Below, piece after piece: positions 1-9,074 of a DNA stretch of 28,800 bases. Position 1 is the stretch's first letter, and each line of letters starts with the position of its first letter. The notes beneath the pieces were generated by a model. That model did not search any database, had not been told where the DNA came from, and saw nothing but the letters and a program-made list of their open reading frames with translations. The stretch spans positions 1 to 28,800 of IMG/VR virus record IMGVR_UViG_3300020045_001777; one strand, given 5' to 3'. Both the position numbers and the translations under genes were made by a program. The stretch comes from a virus. Taxonomy: Duplodnaviria > Caudoviricetes.

Positions 1-121
1 AACTTGTGCGTGTGATTTGAATGGTAAGTTAGAAGATGCAAGGCTCGATTATGAAGTACTTGCATGGTCTGAAAGCGGTGCAACGTATAGCATAACGCAT
101 GGAAGTATCGGTACATTTATT
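1..121 (+). repeat. Exact 121-bp direct repeat, copy 1 (second copy at 1861-1981 inside terL); probable assembly chimera
   Basis: Bases 1-121 match 1861-1981 exactly; the copies diverge at the next base (ggcgac vs ccaaat). Copy 1 sits at the window edge. Confidence 0.95.
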
Positions 122-658
122 GGCGACATGATAGATGACAGAGAGCCGAAAAATAAAGATTTTATCGAACGAAGAAAATCGAGAACATCGCCTGAAAAAA
201 AAACAAAAAAAGAAATTAAGCTGCCAGAAAAAGTTGAAGAAAAAGAGCAACCGCAAAATGATAAACAGGAAATAACAGATCGTTCTAATTTATCATTGGT
301 TCAACTGGAGCGAGAAAAAAAGTTAGCCGATTTAATAAAGGTAGAAACTGATACTAGGTTAGCAAAATTAAAAGAAGAAAAGCTACTAGGGCAAAGCATA
401 CCAACTGATTTAGTAAGAACGCTAGTTCTGCAATTAAACAAGTCTTTTATATCAAACTTTAAGGATGGGTGCGATAGTTTTTTAATTCAAATATCAAAAC
501 GAAAAGGGTTAAGCTCAATTGAAACCGCTGAATTGAAAGGAGAGTTGATAAAAATTATCAATTTAAGTTCTACAAAATCAATTTCAGAATGTAAAAAAAC
601 ATTAAAGCAAATAGTTAATGAATATAGTATTTCTAAAGGTGTTGGAGAGCATGAATAG
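17..658 (+). CDS. terS: Terminase small subunit, lambda gpNu1-like; true N-terminus missing (first ~35 aa come from the duplicated terL segment, native sequence starts near 122)
   Basis: Directly upstream of terL (stop TAG abuts ATG 659). Helical segment LEREKKLADLIKVETDTRLAKLKEEKLLGQSIP resembles the Nu1 coiled coil followed by 'G.LIP'. Confidence 0.7.
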   Translation: MNGKLEDARLDYEVLAWSESGATYSITHGSIGTFIGDMIDDREPKNKDFIERRKSRTSPEKKTKKEIKLPEKVEEKEQPQNDKQEITDRSNLSLVQLEREKKLADLIKVETDTRLAKLKEEKLLGQSIPTDLVRTLVLQLNKSFISNFKDGCDSFLIQISKRKGLSSIETAELKGELIKIINLSSTKSISECKKTLKQIVNEYSISKGVGEHE

Positions 659-2644
659 ATGAGTGTTTATGACAACATAATAGATGACATTTTAGATTCG
701 TCGGAACATTTAATATCCGATTTAAAGCCTAGTGAATGGGCTGAACAGAATATTATTATGCCTAAACCGTTTCCGGGCAATCTATCATACACCCTAACAC
801 CATACACAAGGGAGATAATTGACTGCTTCGCACAAGACCATCCTGCAAGGGAGATAGCTGTAATGGGTGCAGCTCAATTTGGAAAGACAGCATCGGTAAT
901 TGTGCCTGTTATCGGGTGGATTATGGCGAACGATCCGGGCAATATAATTATGACCGTAGGGCATGAAGATTTGATAGAGGAGGCAATGAATAAGATAGAT
1001 GCTATGCTAGATGGTACTGGATTAAGGCGGTTAATAAAACCCTCGGCTCAAAGAATAAGATTGCAAAAGACAGGAGATACAAATACAAAAAAAGAATTTC
1101 CGAATGGTTATTTAAAATTGGCTACGGCAAATAATCCTAAGATATGGAGGCAAGCTGATTATAAATATGGTTTGATTGACGATTATGAAGCTGTTAAATC
1201 GGGTACAAAAGTAGCTGGCTCAACAAGGGGGTTAATACAGAAAAGGTTTACAGCGCATAATACTTCTAGAAAAATATTATATTGTTCATCCCCTGAACGT
1301 GAAATCAATTCAAATATTTTAGAGGTTTATAATTTAGGAGATAAAAGGAAGTATTTAATACCATGTCCTTGTTGCGGTGTGTTTATAGAGCTGCGGTGGT
1401 CTGTTGATGGAGTTGATGGAACAACGGCAGGCATGACGTGGCAATTAGATGAAAATAATAAGTTGATTGAAGATAGTGTAGGTTATACTTGTCAGGAATG
1501 TGGAGGTTTTTTTGATGACAAAAATAAATCTGAAATTGTAAATAAAGGATATTGGAAACCAACGTGTAAGCCGTCAAGACCTGAATATGTTTCATTTCAC
1601 ATGAGTAGTTGGTACTCACCACATGGCATGACAGATTGGATTGGATATGTATATAAATGGTTAGAAGCACACCCAATAGGGCAACCAAGAGATGAAGGGT
1701 TGTATCAAAATTTTATAAATGTAGATGCTGGAGAGCCTTATATTGAAAGTGGAGAAACAATTAAAGCGAATCAATTACAAAAAAATATAAGAGGTTATGA
1801 CGTTGGTTTAATTCCTGAAAGTTTATCTATAAAAGATGGTAATGGAAAGATTGTATTATTAACTTGTGCGTGTGATTTGAATGGTAAGTTAGAAGATGCA
1901 AGGCTCGATTATGAAGTACTTGCATGGTCTGAAAGCGGTGCAACGTATAGCATAACGCATGGAAGTATCGGTACATTTATTCCAAATGAGTCAGGTAAAA
2001 AAAATAAAGTTGATAGAGAAAAATGGACTTATGAAAACCATAGACCTGCAAATGTATGGAATGAATTTGATAAAATTTTAAGTACTATTTGGAAAACTGA
2101 TACAGGTAGGAGTATGAAGATATTTATTTCAGGTGTTGATACTGGTTATTGCGAATTACAAGCATTTACGTACATTGATAATAGTAACCATTACGTATTA
2201 GGGTTAAAGGGCGACAAAGAAGATAAGTATGTTAAGCATGGTTACGAGGTAAAGACGTTTAAAATAGGGCAAAGCAGAAATAAATTATATTTATTACGTG
2301 TTGGACTTATTAAAGATGACCTTCAATCATTGATTAATTTACGTTGGGATCAAGGAAACGATGCAACCCAACCAAGCGGATTTATGAATTACCCAACTCC
2401 TTCCGATGGAAAGTATTTATATACAAATTATTTTTCACATTATGAAGCTGAATCAAGGATTTTAGATAAGGAGGGTAATTTTATTTGGCAGAAAAAAACC
2501 GCAATAGCACAAAATCACTTATTCGATTGTCGTGTATATAATATAGCTTTGAGGGACATTTTACTTTTTGAAATTGCTAAAGAATATAAAATAAAAGATT
2601 TTGATTGGGGAAGCTTTATTAATCAATGTCTTGGGAGATCGTAA
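659..2644 (+). CDS. terL: Terminase large subunit, lambda GpA family
   Basis: 661 aa. TPY..EI motif, Walker A-like GAAQFGKT, Walker B-like LIDDYE, CPCC/CQEC zinc motif, nuclease motifs ACDLN, GVDTG, NHLFDCRVY. Confidence 0.95.
   Translation: MSVYDNIIDDILDSSEHLISDLKPSEWAEQNIIMPKPFPGNLSYTLTPYTREIIDCFAQDHPAREIAVMGAAQFGKTASVIVPVIGWIMANDPGNIIMTVGHEDLIEEAMNKIDAMLDGTGLRRLIKPSAQRIRLQKTGDTNTKKEFPNGYLKLATANNPKIWRQADYKYGLIDDYEAVKSGTKVAGSTRGLIQKRFTAHNTSRKILYCSSPEREINSNILEVYNLGDKRKYLIPCPCCGVFIELRWSVDGVDGTTAGMTWQLDENNKLIEDSVGYTCQECGGFFDDKNKSEIVNKGYWKPTCKPSRPEYVSFHMSSWYSPHGMTDWIGYVYKWLEAHPIGQPRDEGLYQNFINVDAGEPYIESGETIKANQLQKNIRGYDVGLIPESLSIKDGNGKIVLLTCACDLNGKLEDARLDYEVLAWSESGATYSITHGSIGTFIPNESGKKNKVDREKWTYENHRPANVWNEFDKILSTIWKTDTGRSMKIFISGVDTGYCELQAFTYIDNSNHYVLGLKGDKEDKYVKHGYEVKTFKIGQSRNKLYLLRVGLIKDDLQSLINLRWDQGNDATQPSGFMNYPTPSDGKYLYTNYFSHYEAESRILDKEGNFIWQKKTAIAQNHLFDCRVYNIALRDILLFEIAKEYKIKDFDWGSFINQCLGRS
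1861..1981 (+). repeat. Exact 121-bp direct repeat, copy 2 (native location in terL)
   Basis: Identical to 1-121; in frame within the terL nuclease region. Confidence 0.95.
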
Positions 2645-3389
2645 TGTTAAATATATTATCAACTTTTACTAATTTTTGTTGAAAATCTTTAAGATAAAAC
2701 CCTTCTTTTACCTCTGAATTATAGTAATCCGAAGCCCATTCGTCAATATTTCTATTCCTTTTTGCGCTCGAATTACGCAATTTTAGCTCAATATCATATC
2801 TTACCCAACTGAAATGATGCATAAATATTGGAAGTTCGATAACATTTTTAATATTTATTTGCCTTGTTTTGTCGCAATAGTAAGGATATTCACGTACACC
2901 AGTAACAGTATTAGCGTTTAATTTATGAATAAACGGTACATAATAGCTTTCAGGATTTTCTAAGCGTAGCGTAGGACGCTTAAAGTACGTCCACATTTTA
3001 CAAACCGAACCTTCATATCCTGAATCAAAATATAATTTTTTAGCAGCTCCGAAATCTTTGAAATATTCATCACAGTCAATTTGTATAAAATGAGTGCAGC
3101 CTAATTCTTTAGCTTTATCAATACCTAGTTGACGTTTTAGTATTTCGTTTGGTTGCCCTGAAATATTTGTTGGAGTAAATTCAACTAATGTTATCCTGTA
3201 TTGAGAATCAAAAAGAAACAAAGGGTAAATATTATCCATTAAATAACTTTGCACATCATATTGTTCTCCGAAATTGCTTATCTTTTGATAAACAATAATG
3301 ATTTCATCCGTATAACCTTTTATACAGTCAATAGAGCCTTTTAATAGCTCTAAACCATCGAAAACGTTGTATATTGCCGCTAATTTCAT
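2619..3389 (-). CDS. GT-A fold (GT2-like) glycosyltransferase
   Basis: N-terminal pattern AIYNVFDGLELL..SI..I....DEIIIV, DxD motif IDCDE, late MHHFSW. No obvious transmembrane segment. Overlaps the terL 3' end convergently by 26 bp. Confidence 0.75.
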   Translation of the reverse strand: MKLAAIYNVFDGLELLKGSIDCIKGYTDEIIIVYQKISNFGEQYDVQSYLMDNIYPLFLFDSQYRITLVEFTPTNISGQPNEILKRQLGIDKAKELGCTHFIQIDCDEYFKDFGAAKKLYFDSGYEGSVCKMWTYFKRPTLRLENPESYYVPFIHKLNANTVTGVREYPYYCDKTRQINIKNVIELPIFMHHFSWVRYDIELKLRNSSAKRNRNIDEWASDYYNSEVKEGFYLKDFQQKLVKVDNIFNITISQDID

Positions 3390-3580
3390 GGATTAATTAC
3401 ATCATAAAACTCAATATCGAGAACTTTTATTTTCTCAATCAAATCATTTTGTTTTGATTTAGCTTTTGTAAACTGTTGTTTGGTGCTATCAATTCCTAGG
3501 TTTGCCTCAATACTTGCAATTTTAGAAAGTAGTTTATCAATTTCTTTTCGTACTATTTCGTCGTTTTTATATGCTCCCAT
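3386..3580 (-). CDS. Small helical hypothetical protein (64 aa)
   Basis: Overlaps both neighbours in the operon; two amphipathic helices around LGIDST. Confidence 0.6.
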   Translation of the reverse strand: MGAYKNDEIVRKEIDKLLSKIASIEANLGIDSTKQQFTKAKSKQNDLIEKIKVLDIEFYDVINP

Positions 3581-4047
3581 GTTTCTTTTTTAAAATGATT
3601 ACTAACTAAAGTCGCCCACGCTCCTGTTGTTTCTGTATCTATTCTATAAGGGAATAGATGCCAAATTTTATCTAACATATATCCATGTCCAGAAGGTTCT
3701 GAATCGTGTATAACTATCACCTTTGCAATGTCTTTGTATTTTTCAATATCTATCCATCTGCGTTCTCCCGGTGCATGGTCAATTAAAAGAACATCTATAT
3801 TTTGTAAATCTAATCTGTCCCAATTAGATATAAATTGCGCTCCTGTATTATTCGCCCACTCTAAATTTGAATCGAATGAAAGGAAATCACGTTTATTATC
3901 TTGACAATATTTTGATAAAAACTTTGTACTACCTTCGCCCGAACCAAATTCAACTACACGTCCGGTTGTTTTTTCGAGTGCCTCCCAAAGCAAGTAACGG
4001 TGGTTACTCCAATTTCCTACGTCTTTTAAAAATTCATCTTTTGTCAT
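3553..4047 (-). CDS. Class I SAM-dependent methyltransferase
   Basis: Motif I VVEFGSGEGST, acidic end of second strand SFDSN, later LLIDH and VIHDSE. Confidence 0.8.
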   Translation of the reverse strand: MTKDEFLKDVGNWSNHRYLLWEALEKTTGRVVEFGSGEGSTKFLSKYCQDNKRDFLSFDSNLEWANNTGAQFISNWDRLDLQNIDVLLIDHAPGERRWIDIEKYKDIAKVIVIHDSEPSGHGYMLDKIWHLFPYRIDTETTGAWATLVSNHFKKETWEHIKTTK

Positions 4048-4664
4048 GGTTTATAGTTTAAGTATTGTTCGTATTCGTGTGGTTGTATTTTATAATGTAA
4101 CCAACATTGATTTTCACTAAATGAGTATTGTTTAGCCTCCATTAATTTTGAAAATACGCTAAAAATCGTGTCATCCGCAATGCTGTAATTTAATTTAGTT
4201 AAAATGTTGTACGCCTCACGGTAAAAATATTTACCGTTTTCGATAAAAATATTCCACAACAACCCGGACACTATATTGAATTGACCTGAAATATGGTCAT
4301 AAACACCACCAATATTTTTATTATTATCAAAAATGCCTGCGTGTTCTGCGTTTGCAGGCATTATATCGTAAGGGTTTGCATACAAAATAATATCAGCATC
4401 GCAAAAAATAACTGAATCGAAATCGCTAAATGTAGGCAGTTTCCGCATTTCATTTATCATTGTTAAAACATTGCTGCCGCCTCCGAAATTATCGCAAAAT
4501 TCACGGTGTATTATTTCTTCATTTAAGCTGCTAATATATGGGTGGTTTTCTCCTTCGTGAAAGAATATATATTTGTCAGCTACATTATATTTCTTAAATG
4601 TTTCGTAGCATAATTTTGCTCTCAAATCGTCCCTATCACAAGAACGTATAATTACTATTTTCAT
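4044..4664 (-). CDS. GT-A fold nucleotide-diphospho-sugar transferase-like protein
   Basis: VIFCDADII DxD motif, ISGQF, ADDTIF and a late H; glycosyltransferase cluster context. Confidence 0.65.
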   Translation of the reverse strand: MKIVIIRSCDRDDLRAKLCYETFKKYNVADKYIFFHEGENHPYISSLNEEIIHREFCDNFGGGSNVLTMINEMRKLPTFSDFDSVIFCDADIILYANPYDIMPANAEHAGIFDNNKNIGGVYDHISGQFNIVSGLLWNIFIENGKYFYREAYNILTKLNYSIADDTIFSVFSKLMEAKQYSFSENQCWLHYKIQPHEYEQYLNYKP

Positions 4665-4930
4665 ATATTTATTTTAGTTAGTTGTACATTAATACAATTC
4701 ATAATTAAAAGATAATCGTCAATGTTTAATTGAAATATATTTTGCAATGTTAGTTTTTTATCTTCAATCAATAAAATTTGTTCTAATATATATGCTATAA
4801 GTCCAACACAATATTGTTCGTCATATTTTAGCATATTAAAATTAGCTCTTAATAAAACAAGTGTATCTATTTCTAAAATAGTGCATTTTTTTGAATTAGT
4901 AAGCTCAATAGTTGTAAATATGTTTCTCAT
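4661..4930 (-). CDS. Hypothetical protein (89 aa), possibly tail-assembly-chaperone-like
   Basis: 4-bp overlaps with both neighbours. Pattern IEL..sK...I.E ... L..IEDKKLT..NI..L.IDDY recalls Mu gp41/P2 gpE-like chaperones (by eye only). Confidence 0.5.
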   Translation of the reverse strand: MRNIFTTIELTNSKKCTILEIDTLVLLRANFNMLKYDEQYCVGLIAYILEQILLIEDKKLTLQNIFQLNIDDYLLIMNCINVQLTKINI

Positions 4931-5706
4931 GTTAATTGCCAGTAAAAAATTTCAGGATATTGTTTTTCTATTTCTTTGAACATTTCATTTTTGTCATCAA
5001 ATCTTTTAAAGAACCTTAGTAGCTCCATTTCAACAACTCCTGCACTACCAATATGCCTACACGTTAAATTACTTTCCCAAAACTTTTTATTTGTAGGTAT
5101 TTCATTTTTATAGTTTGGGTTAATATGAAATAAACAACTATCTTTTACTTTCGGGTGTATTACTTTGTTTAAAAAATCTTGGTCAGAACCATGATTTGAA
5201 TAATTAGCATAACCAACCATTGAACTCCAATCATTAAATCCTGTTAATTCTTTAAATTTTTTAACGTCAAAAGCAACCATCCCACCCATTAATCCACCAT
5301 GAGCAGGGTTATCAATAATAGCATGAGTAGACGTGTTAGATTCTAACCATAATTGAACCGCTTGGGCTTCTCTATATGTTGTAATTGCATCCGAATCACG
5401 GCACATTATGTGAGTAACTCCATCGTAAAAAATAGGCTTCATTCTCCATAACATAGATTTGCATTTAGCATCGTTTGAATCGCCTATTTGAATTGATAGA
5501 CCGAAATTATGCTGTAATAAATTAAATATGTTTTTATATTTATTCCATGTTTCCATGTCAATTTCTAAATGTGTTTTCCATTCAGGATACAAAAGCCTAT
5601 TCATTCTAAAGTTCCAATAAAAACCACGAACGTAAGAACGAAATTCAAAAATGTTATCTGAATTAAAATTGTTAATTCCAAAAAGAGAGTATGTTATTAA
5701 TTTCAT
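4927..5706 (-). CDS. GT-A-like putative glycosyltransferase
   Basis: ITYSLFG start, MLWRM, CRDSDA DxD motif, H..LMGGM, DQDFLN (GT8-like DQ motif). Confidence 0.65.
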   Translation of the reverse strand: MKLITYSLFGINNFNSDNIFEFRSYVRGFYWNFRMNRLLYPEWKTHLEIDMETWNKYKNIFNLLQHNFGLSIQIGDSNDAKCKSMLWRMKPIFYDGVTHIMCRDSDAITTYREAQAVQLWLESNTSTHAIIDNPAHGGLMGGMVAFDVKKFKELTGFNDWSSMVGYANYSNHGSDQDFLNKVIHPKVKDSCLFHINPNYKNEIPTNKKFWESNLTCRHIGSAGVVEMELLRFFKRFDDKNEMFKEIEKQYPEIFYWQLT

Positions 5707-5708
5707 TG

Positions 5709-6275
5709 TTAAAATGGTTTTTTACCTGCGTAATATAAATATAATGTTTCTTTAATTTCAAACTCTGTTTTTAAAACACCTTCACGAACAACGCTATCCA
5801 TCCAAGTTCCATCCTCTCCAATGTTTTTTTCAGGATATTTAATATGCTTTACTTTTTCACGTTTAACAAAGTTTATATGTAAAGGCGCACGGTAATACAT
5901 TTTACTATCATGCGTTGCTGTTGTGTACTTTAAACTGTGGTGAAATGGTCTATCATATACCCCTGCATTAAAGTATAACCCTATCAAAGATGCAACGTCT
6001 TTATCTGAATCAGCAAACTCTACACCTTTTTGTAAATACCTATCTGTAATGTCGTCGTCGTCGTCAATAAAGGCCATAGCAATACCTTTAGCTGTATCAA
6101 CACAAAAATTTCGTTTATGTCCTGTTGTTTGTTCACCGTTATCTGAACATATAATTATTTCAACATCATTCGGATTGTGAAGTTGTTGCTGTTGCCATTC
6201 AAGTTTCGATAATAGCTTTCTTAAATAGTGTTTACGGGATTCCAAAGTGGGAATCATGACAGTTAATTTAGGCAT
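5709..6275 (-). CDS. GT2 family glycosyltransferase (start likely ATG 6275, not 6332)
   Basis: LTVMIPT, GHKRN, AFIDDDD, GED motifs. ATG 6275 overlaps the upstream stop. Confidence 0.85.
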   Translation of the reverse strand: MPKLTVMIPTLESRKHYLRKLLSKLEWQQQQLHNPNDVEIIICSDNGEQTTGHKRNFCVDTAKGIAMAFIDDDDDITDRYLQKGVEFADSDKDVASLIGLYFNAGVYDRPFHHSLKYTTATHDSKMYYRAPLHINFVKREKVKHIKYPEKNIGEDGTWMDSVVREGVLKTEFEIKETLYLYYAGKKPF

Positions 6276-6984
6276 ATCTTCCAAGTTCTTTTTCAAATGG
6301 TACGCAAATACGTTGCGCTTCGGGTATATCAAAATAATTATTTAATCGTTCAAAATAGTTTTTTGTATCTACATCGCCAAACTTTGAGTTAATACGGTAT
6401 GTTTCGTCTTTCTTTGCGTTGGTATATGCTGGGTGTTCATGTGTAAAAAAAACATCATTAAAATATTTATGCTTACCTAACATCATTGCAACAAACATAG
6501 CTTCCGCATCGCAACTGAATGACTTATAAGATGGGTGGTAAATATAGTTAGTTCTATCGTAATATTCACGTCCAATTATACTCATAGTTGGTAATGCTTC
6601 GCCAACATATCCATCGTTAAAATGTGCAAAGAAATCTGTTGCCCACCCCCATGTTTCTTTTATTTTATTCAATAAAAAATCTCCCCAATTATTAATTGTA
6701 AATACCATGTCATCTGACATATTTATTAAAATATCCCAATCTCCTGAATTATCCATATCCCTGTTAATTGCAGCTATTTTACTGCCTGAAAACCCGTAAA
6801 TAATATCTACATTTTTAAGTTCTGAAACATAGCAAAAAATATCGTCATTACACATTGAATGATCGTTATCGTCCGCAGTTACAAGTACTTTGAAATCAAC
6901 ATTTCCAATAGTATCTAAAATATTGTTAATAGCTTTTTTAAATAATTCAGGTCTACCCTTAGTTGCGTATTTTATTAGTATCAT
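6268..6984 (-). CDS. GT2-like glycosyltransferase
   Basis: IKYATKGRP, KIAAINR, DILINMSDDM, F.HEH; paralogous to 7804-8439. Confidence 0.75.
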   Translation of the reverse strand: MILIKYATKGRPELFKKAINNILDTIGNVDFKVLVTADDNDHSMCNDDIFCYVSELKNVDIIYGFSGSKIAAINRDMDNSGDWDILINMSDDMVFTINNWGDFLLNKIKETWGWATDFFAHFNDGYVGEALPTMSIIGREYYDRTNYIYHPSYKSFSCDAEAMFVAMMLGKHKYFNDVFFTHEHPAYTNAKKDETYRINSKFGDVDTKNYFERLNNYFDIPEAQRICVPFEKELGRYA

Positions 6985-7748
6985 AGAAAAGTTAAGTATT
7001 GATTTTTGTATTTATTTATTTTAATTAAAACGTCTGCATCAACATTAAAACATTCATCAATTAAGTGTATAATTTTAATCCAATTTTCGTTTGTATATCC
7101 GGGTCTTAAAAGGTGTGCATCAATACGCAATGATTGGTCTTTTGTTTTATCCCAACTACCTCTATCTATGCGTCCTAAAGGGTAATGAGTATTAGGTGCA
7201 ATACCTCTGTCAATTCTAGTAACATTTTGCTTATTTAGTTTTTCTGTTAATATATCTTGGTCTATTTGCCACCATTCCGACCATTTATCTGAGGCATATT
7301 TTGATGTTTGCAAGTCGCTTAACATATCACCTCCGCACATGATGTTATTCCAAAGATATTTTTCAGCACCTACATAACATATTGGGTAATGTACATCACT
7401 TAAGTCACGCCCCCACGCTGTAATTTTACTAATATCAAATTTCCAATAATCACTAAGCGGCAACATATCGACATCGCTTGTCATAATATAACCGCTCTCA
7501 ATATTTTTATAAGCGTAAAGCCTTGAAAGTTGCGTTAATGTTTCATTTCGTACACCTTCAATATTTTCAGGATAAGAAAAAACAACGTCCTTTGAATTTT
7601 CTTTTACAAACTTAAATTTATCGCTTTCTTTATCTCCTGTAAAACAACAATGCACATTCCAACCTAAAGACCTCCAAGCCCATGAAACTATTGGAACAAA
7701 GAATAGATATTCATCATTATCGTTTGCACTTATAACAACTGTTTTCAT
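6981..7748 (-). CDS. GT-A-like putative glycosyltransferase
   Basis: QLSRLY, MTSDVDMLP DxD motif, DQDILT, IDAH; cluster context. Confidence 0.65.
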   Translation of the reverse strand: MKTVVISANDNDEYLFFVPIVSWAWRSLGWNVHCCFTGDKESDKFKFVKENSKDVVFSYPENIEGVRNETLTQLSRLYAYKNIESGYIMTSDVDMLPLSDYWKFDISKITAWGRDLSDVHYPICYVGAEKYLWNNIMCGGDMLSDLQTSKYASDKWSEWWQIDQDILTEKLNKQNVTRIDRGIAPNTHYPLGRIDRGSWDKTKDQSLRIDAHLLRPGYTNENWIKIIHLIDECFNVDADVLIKINKYKNQYLTFL

Positions 7749-7803
7749 TTTTGATTAATTATACGATTAATAATTACTACTGCAAACATTATAAAAAATT
7801 CTC

Positions 7804-8439
7804 TCATATCGGAAAGTTTAAAGATTTGCGTTTTTGAAATATTAATTTACCGCTTTCAAAATTGTTATCTTGACGTTTGTATGTTTCATCGTGCAATGCT
7901 TTGCCTATGCTGTAATGAAGGTGTTCAAACTTTAATTCAGGAGCGTTGAATATGTACTTTTTGCAAGTATGGTACAGGTCATTATCAACAAAACTCCCTT
8001 CATATAATGGATTCCAAAAGTACCCCAATATTTCATAAAGTTTTCGATTCATAATTGGCATAGTTATTAATTCACTTGAAAACTTTTGTAAGCAGTCGTC
8101 TACTTTTAAAAGTGTTGGCATCTCATTGTTTTCAAAAAATGAAATAATTAATTCATCCCAATTTTGAGGACATTTAAAGTCGTCTGAAAGGTAAACTAAT
8201 ATATCTCCTGTTGCTTCTTTAGCAGCTATATTCGTAGCTTCAACAACATTTTTATTATCGTTAATTATGACTTTAGAAAACGGCAATAGCTTATAATTTT
8301 CTAAATCTGAATCGCTTAAATCAATAGATAATATATGTTCAATTTTATTATCAAAACTGATTAAATTTATCCAAGTTAAATAAGTTTCAAAAGCCTTTCC
8401 AGCCCTCCCCCTACTTGGGTGAATTAATGATATTTTCAT
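7804..8439 (-). CDS. GT2-like glycosyltransferase
   Basis: ISLIHPSRGR, ATN.AA..ATGDILVYLSDD, FEHLH; paralogous to 6268-6984. Confidence 0.8.
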   Translation of the reverse strand: MKISLIHPSRGRAGKAFETYLTWINLISFDNKIEHILSIDLSDSDLENYKLLPFSKVIINDNKNVVEATNIAAKEATGDILVYLSDDFKCPQNWDELIISFFENNEMPTLLKVDDCLQKFSSELITMPIMNRKLYEILGYFWNPLYEGSFVDNDLYHTCKKYIFNAPELKFEHLHYSIGKALHDETYKRQDNNFESGKLIFQKRKSLNFPI

Positions 8440-9073
8440 AAGCTGTTGAATAAAAATTATAGCTATCTTTATCCATTATTTCACGGATAAAATCTTTGTT
8501 GTGATCTGTTTTAATATAACGGTGAAGCCTGTCAATATGAGATTGTCCTCCTGTCATTGATGTACCATGTTTAATGCCTAAACATATTTGTTTTGAAGGG
8601 CAAAACGTGCGTCCCTTTACGTGCTTCCAAATGTGAGTATCTGTAAAGGGTTCTTCATCAATGCACCAAGGAAATGTTAAATCGGGTTTAATCATTGTAC
8701 TCATTGCGCTACTCCTTTGAATGTGATTAAAGGTAAACATTGCAAAAAGTTTAATATGATAATATATAGTGTAATTAGTGCCGAAAATATCGGGTTTACC
8801 ATTATCGTTCCAAGCAGCTAACATATACTCTATATATGTATTAGAATACCAGTCGTCAACCTCCATTAAAAAAATAACGTCAAGTCCTTTGTTACGCATA
8901 AAATCGTACCCACGTCTGTATCTTTGCGTTATATCGCATTTGTTTGATTCGGGTTCGTAATCGACAAAGTGAATCAAATCGGGCTGTACGGTTTGGTAGT
9001 TAAGCATACGTTTTAGGTTGCTTAAAAATTCAGGTCTATCGTTACGGTGTGGTACTATTACGCCTATTTTCAT
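8411..9073 (-). CDS. GT2-like glycosyltransferase
   Basis: IGVIVPHRNDRP.FL, QT.QPD, FLMEVDDWY, late D and H. Confidence 0.75.
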   Translation of the reverse strand: MKIGVIVPHRNDRPEFLSNLKRMLNYQTVQPDLIHFVDYEPESNKCDITQRYRRGYDFMRNKGLDVIFLMEVDDWYSNTYIEYMLAAWNDNGKPDIFGTNYTIYYHIKLFAMFTFNHIQRSSAMSTMIKPDLTFPWCIDEEPFTDTHIWKHVKGRTFCPSKQICLGIKHGTSMTGGQSHIDRLHRYIKTDHNKDFIREIMDKDSYNFYSTAYENIINSPK

Positions 9074-9074
9074 A

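Noticed and set aside
1-121. Repeat as a DGR template/variable region pair, att site or genome terminal repeat
   Set aside because: No adenine-specific mismatches, no reverse transcriptase or integrase in the window, and the second copy is internal to terL.
656-661. TAG read-through or recoding giving a TerS-TerL fusion (same frame)
   Set aside because: Stop-ATG junctions also occur with TAA (12079/12080, 18908/18909). Genes are full length in the standard code, and TAG ends the capsid gene just before a terminator.
6051-6065. (GTC)5 microsatellite as a phase-variation tract
   Set aside because: It encodes the DDDDD catalytic region of a GT2, and triplet slippage would not shift the frame.
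7783-7790. Internal minus-strand promoter (AATGTTTG) in the 55-bp gap
   Set aside because: Mismatch at the first consensus position; expected by chance in AT-rich DNA.
2619-9073. Host capsule/LPS locus or gtrABC serotype-conversion cassette
   Set aside because: No flippase, polymerase, membrane GT or sugar-synthesis gene seen; the cassette is flanked by phage genes and shares a phage promoter element.
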